Shown piece by piece: positions 61,554 to 64,000 of a stretch of 64,000 nt of DNA (position 1 is the first letter of the stretch; the number at the start of each line of letters is the position of its first letter). Source of the DNA: Candidatus Eremiobacteria bacterium (GTDB taxonomy: Bacteria; Vulcanimicrobiota; Vulcanimicrobiia; Vulcanimicrobiales; Vulcanimicrobiaceae); assembly GCA_963737065.1 (NCBI GenBank), contig CAVTRC010000002.1, positions 288,001 through 352,000 on the forward strand, read 5' to 3'. The notes under the pieces were generated by a model that searched no databases, was not told the origin of the DNA, and was given only the letters and a program-made list of their open reading frames with translations. The position numbers were made by a program, and so were the translations under genes.

Positions 61554-63394
61554 CGTCGATAACGATTAGCTTCTATATCTCGCACGCAATCGCATTTTGG
61601 CTCTTCGTCACCGCATGTTCGTTTGCGTTTTTCCGCGTCGATGACCTGGTCTTCGACGGGATGTTCCTCGTGCTGTGGTTCCGGCGGTGGAATTCGCGCA
61701 AACAGCGCCCCGTTTTCGCGCCCGAATCGTTCGCAGGCGAGGCGCAGAAGCGAATCGCGATCTTCGTCCCATGCTGGCACGAGGACGACGTGGTCGAGCA
61801 CATGATCGAAACGGCGTTGCAAAACATTGACTATGAGCGTTTCGACGTCTTCGTGGGAGTCTATCCGAACGACCCGCCGACCGTTGAGAAAGTGCGCGCG
61901 GCAAGCCGCAAGTATCCGAACGTTCATGCGGTCGTGAACGAAAAAGACGGTCCCACGACCAAGGCACAGAACCTGAACTGCGTCTATCGCGTGATGGAGC
62001 GCATCGAGGGGGACGACCCGTTCGAGATTATCCTCTTGCACGATGTCGAGGATGTCATCCATCCGCTAGAACTTCGTCTCCACAATCATCTGCTTCCGAA
62101 AAACGATATGGTGCAGACGCCGGTGTTTCCGCTCGAACGCCCCATGCGCAAACTATTGGGTTGGACATACGCGGACGAGTTCGCGCGTAATCATCTCAAA
62201 GACATGTTCGTGCGCGAGGGCATCGGCGCATTCGTCCCTTCTGCGGGCGTCGGAACGGCGTTCTCGCGCACGGCGCTCGAACGCTTGTCGCTCTCCGGAC
62301 AATACGTTTTCCCGGAAGGCTCATTGACGGAAGACTATCTGCTCGCGCTGCGTCTTCACCGCTCGGGACTGCGCACGATATTCGTCAATCAGCGGCTTTC
62401 GCCAAACGGCGGCGGCCGTGCCGCCACGGCAACGGCATACGTTGCAACGCGGGAGTTTTTCCCCGATCGTTTTCGTACCGCCGTAAGGCAAAAGGCGCGT
62501 TGGGTTGCGGGCATTTGCTTGCAGGCCTGGAGCGAAATCGGCTGGTGCGGCGACATTTCCACGCGCTACGCGCTGTATCGCGATCGCAAGGGTCTGCTGA
62601 CGAATCTGCTTTCACTCTGGGGCTGGATCGCGATCCTTTTCGCGGGGTTGATGTACGCGTGGCGCGTGTTCGATGAACGCGTGTTCGTGCCGGCATTCGA
62701 CGGCAGCATGTCGACGACACTGCTGCTCGATTTCGTGCTTCTTGCGACGCTCGTGGAAATGCTGCAGACGGCGTGCTTCACGACGTGGGTCTACGGGCCC
62801 GTTTCCGGCACGGTGTCGATGGTGCGCGCTCCGCTTGCCGCATTCGTCAACGGATGGGCAACGATGCGAGCGATTTACATCTTCGCGAAAGCGCGGCTTT
62901 CCAACCGCGCGATGTCGTGGTCGAAGACGCAACACGAGTTTCCGTCGCAGGCAGTCGTTGCGCGTCGCCGGCTCGGTGAGCTCCTCGTCGAACAGACCAT
63001 TTTGTCGGTAGAGACGCTCGAACGCGGTCTGCAAGAACAGCGGCGAGTGGGAACGCCGCTCGGCGAAGCGCTCGTGAGTCTGGGATTCGTCGATGAAATG
63101 AAACTACTCGAAATACTCGCTCAGCAGACGGGAATGTTGATGCTACAACCGCCGGAGGTACGGTGCGACGCGTTGCTGGCGAGCGCATTTACGCACGACG
63201 AACTTTCGGCGATCTGCGCCGTACCCGTGCAGAGAATTTCCGCAAAAGTCATGGTCGCAGCCAGTCGAATGCTAAGCGATTCTGACGTTTCGTTTCTTCG
63301 CGAGCGCCTGGGAAGCGAGATTGTGCTACGTCTCGCCTCGTCGCTTTCAGTAAAGCATGCACTTTTCGGTATGTCGACGTCGGTGAAAATGTGA
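61550..63394 (+). CDS. NfrB-like GT2 glycosyltransferase with a C-terminal MshEN domain
   Basis: PCWHE, VYPND, GPTTKA, HDVED, SLTEDY, RQKARW; RRLGELL...LQEQ...LGEAL. Confidence 0.88.
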   Translation: MTSITISFYISHAIAFWLFVTACSFAFFRVDDLVFDGMFLVLWFRRWNSRKQRPVFAPESFAGEAQKRIAIFVPCWHEDDVVEHMIETALQNIDYERFDVFVGVYPNDPPTVEKVRAASRKYPNVHAVVNEKDGPTTKAQNLNCVYRVMERIEGDDPFEIILLHDVEDVIHPLELRLHNHLLPKNDMVQTPVFPLERPMRKLLGWTYADEFARNHLKDMFVREGIGAFVPSAGVGTAFSRTALERLSLSGQYVFPEGSLTEDYLLALRLHRSGLRTIFVNQRLSPNGGGRAATATAYVATREFFPDRFRTAVRQKARWVAGICLQAWSEIGWCGDISTRYALYRDRKGLLTNLLSLWGWIAILFAGLMYAWRVFDERVFVPAFDGSMSTTLLLDFVLLATLVEMLQTACFTTWVYGPVSGTVSMVRAPLAAFVNGWATMRAIYIFAKARLSNRAMSWSKTQHEFPSQAVVARRRLGELLVEQTILSVETLERGLQEQRRVGTPLGEALVSLGFVDEMKLLEILAQQTGMLMLQPPEVRCDALLASAFTHDELSAICAVPVQRISAKVMVAASRMLSDSDVSFLRERLGSEIVLRLASSLSVKHALFGMSTSVKM

Positions 63395-63407
63395 TATGGA
63401 GTAAGAT

Positions 63408-64000
63408 ATGGCGTTAGAGATCACGCTTGGTGACTCAGCGCACAGCGCTGTCGGTACGAAAACACCGCTCAAAGGCGTACTGAAGCGCCTATTTTCGCAT
63501 TTGGACGAGCACCGGTGGGTCATCGGTTTTTTTGGACCGGACGGCGATTTGACGGAGCTCTATGTGTCCGACGACGTCGACTTGCCGACTGCGCTGAACA
63601 TTCTGGTCAACGCCGAGAGCGGCGCGCAGCCCATGCGGTTCCGGTGCTCCGCGACGATCGATAAAGCGCACTCGGTCGCGCTCGTCATCGTGGCAGACGA
63701 CGCCGAAGAGCTCGAGTGGCAAAAAGTCATGGCGGCCTCGAAACGCGCACTCGCCTGGATTGCGGATTTCGTACGCGCACGTATCCGCGACGGCCACGGT
63801 GCAGCACTTCAAGGGCAGCATGCGAGTCAACCCGTCGTTTTGATCGTCGACCAAGACATGCGCGTCCACTCCGAGTGGTATCCCGAGACGTTCGGCGACA
63901 CGCACTTTGCCGCATTGCTGCCGCCTGAGGGCCGCGTGCTTCCGGCATTTCTTGCTGCTGCCGTTGCGCGCCTCACCGCCTCATGGGATACCTCGTCGAT
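63408..64000 (+). CDS. Partial ORF of unknown function running off the window
   Basis: GGAG RBS, ATG at 63408, frame MALEITLG... open to the window end; absent from the track because it has no stop. Confidence 0.65.
   Translation, partial: MALEITLGDSAHSAVGTKTPLKGVLKRLFSHLDEHRWVIGFFGPDGDLTELYVSDDVDLPTALNILVNAESGAQPMRFRCSATIDKAHSVALVIVADDAEELEWQKVMAASKRALAWIADFVRARIRDGHGAALQGQHASQPVVLIVDQDMRVHSEWYPETFGDTHFAALLPPEGRVLPAFLAAAVARLTASWDTSS

Overview
GC-rich bacterial chromosomal window. It encodes TonB-dependent receptors together with Terrabacteria-like RpoB/RpoC, which suggests a diderm such as Vulcanimicrobiota/Eremiobacterota (inference). rpoB (5' truncated, long acidic tail) and rpoC are separated by ~7.4 kb of unrelated genes, and rpoC has its own promoter. 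Other contents: base-excision repair genes, a RES-Xre toxin-antitoxin pair with operators, two MalT-like regulators, a two-component system with a TonB receptor, an interrupted 2-aminobenzoyl-CoA (abm-like) cluster, and an exopolysaccharide locus with a c-di-GMP-binding NfrB-like synthase. The most striking observation is two tiny ORFs below the ORF-track cutoff (16197-16268, 23 aa; 30362-30451, 29 aa). Each has an RBS, a hydrophobic leader, a Cys and a short Gly/Pro-rich tail. Each lies beside a TPR-like helical protein gene and upstream of a c-di-GMP phosphodiesterase (EAL or HD-GYP), suggesting an undescribed peptide-signalling system linked to c-di-GMP. Four genes carry single-base frameshifts that may be assembly errors. 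No rRNA, tRNA, CRISPR array or transposase was recognised.
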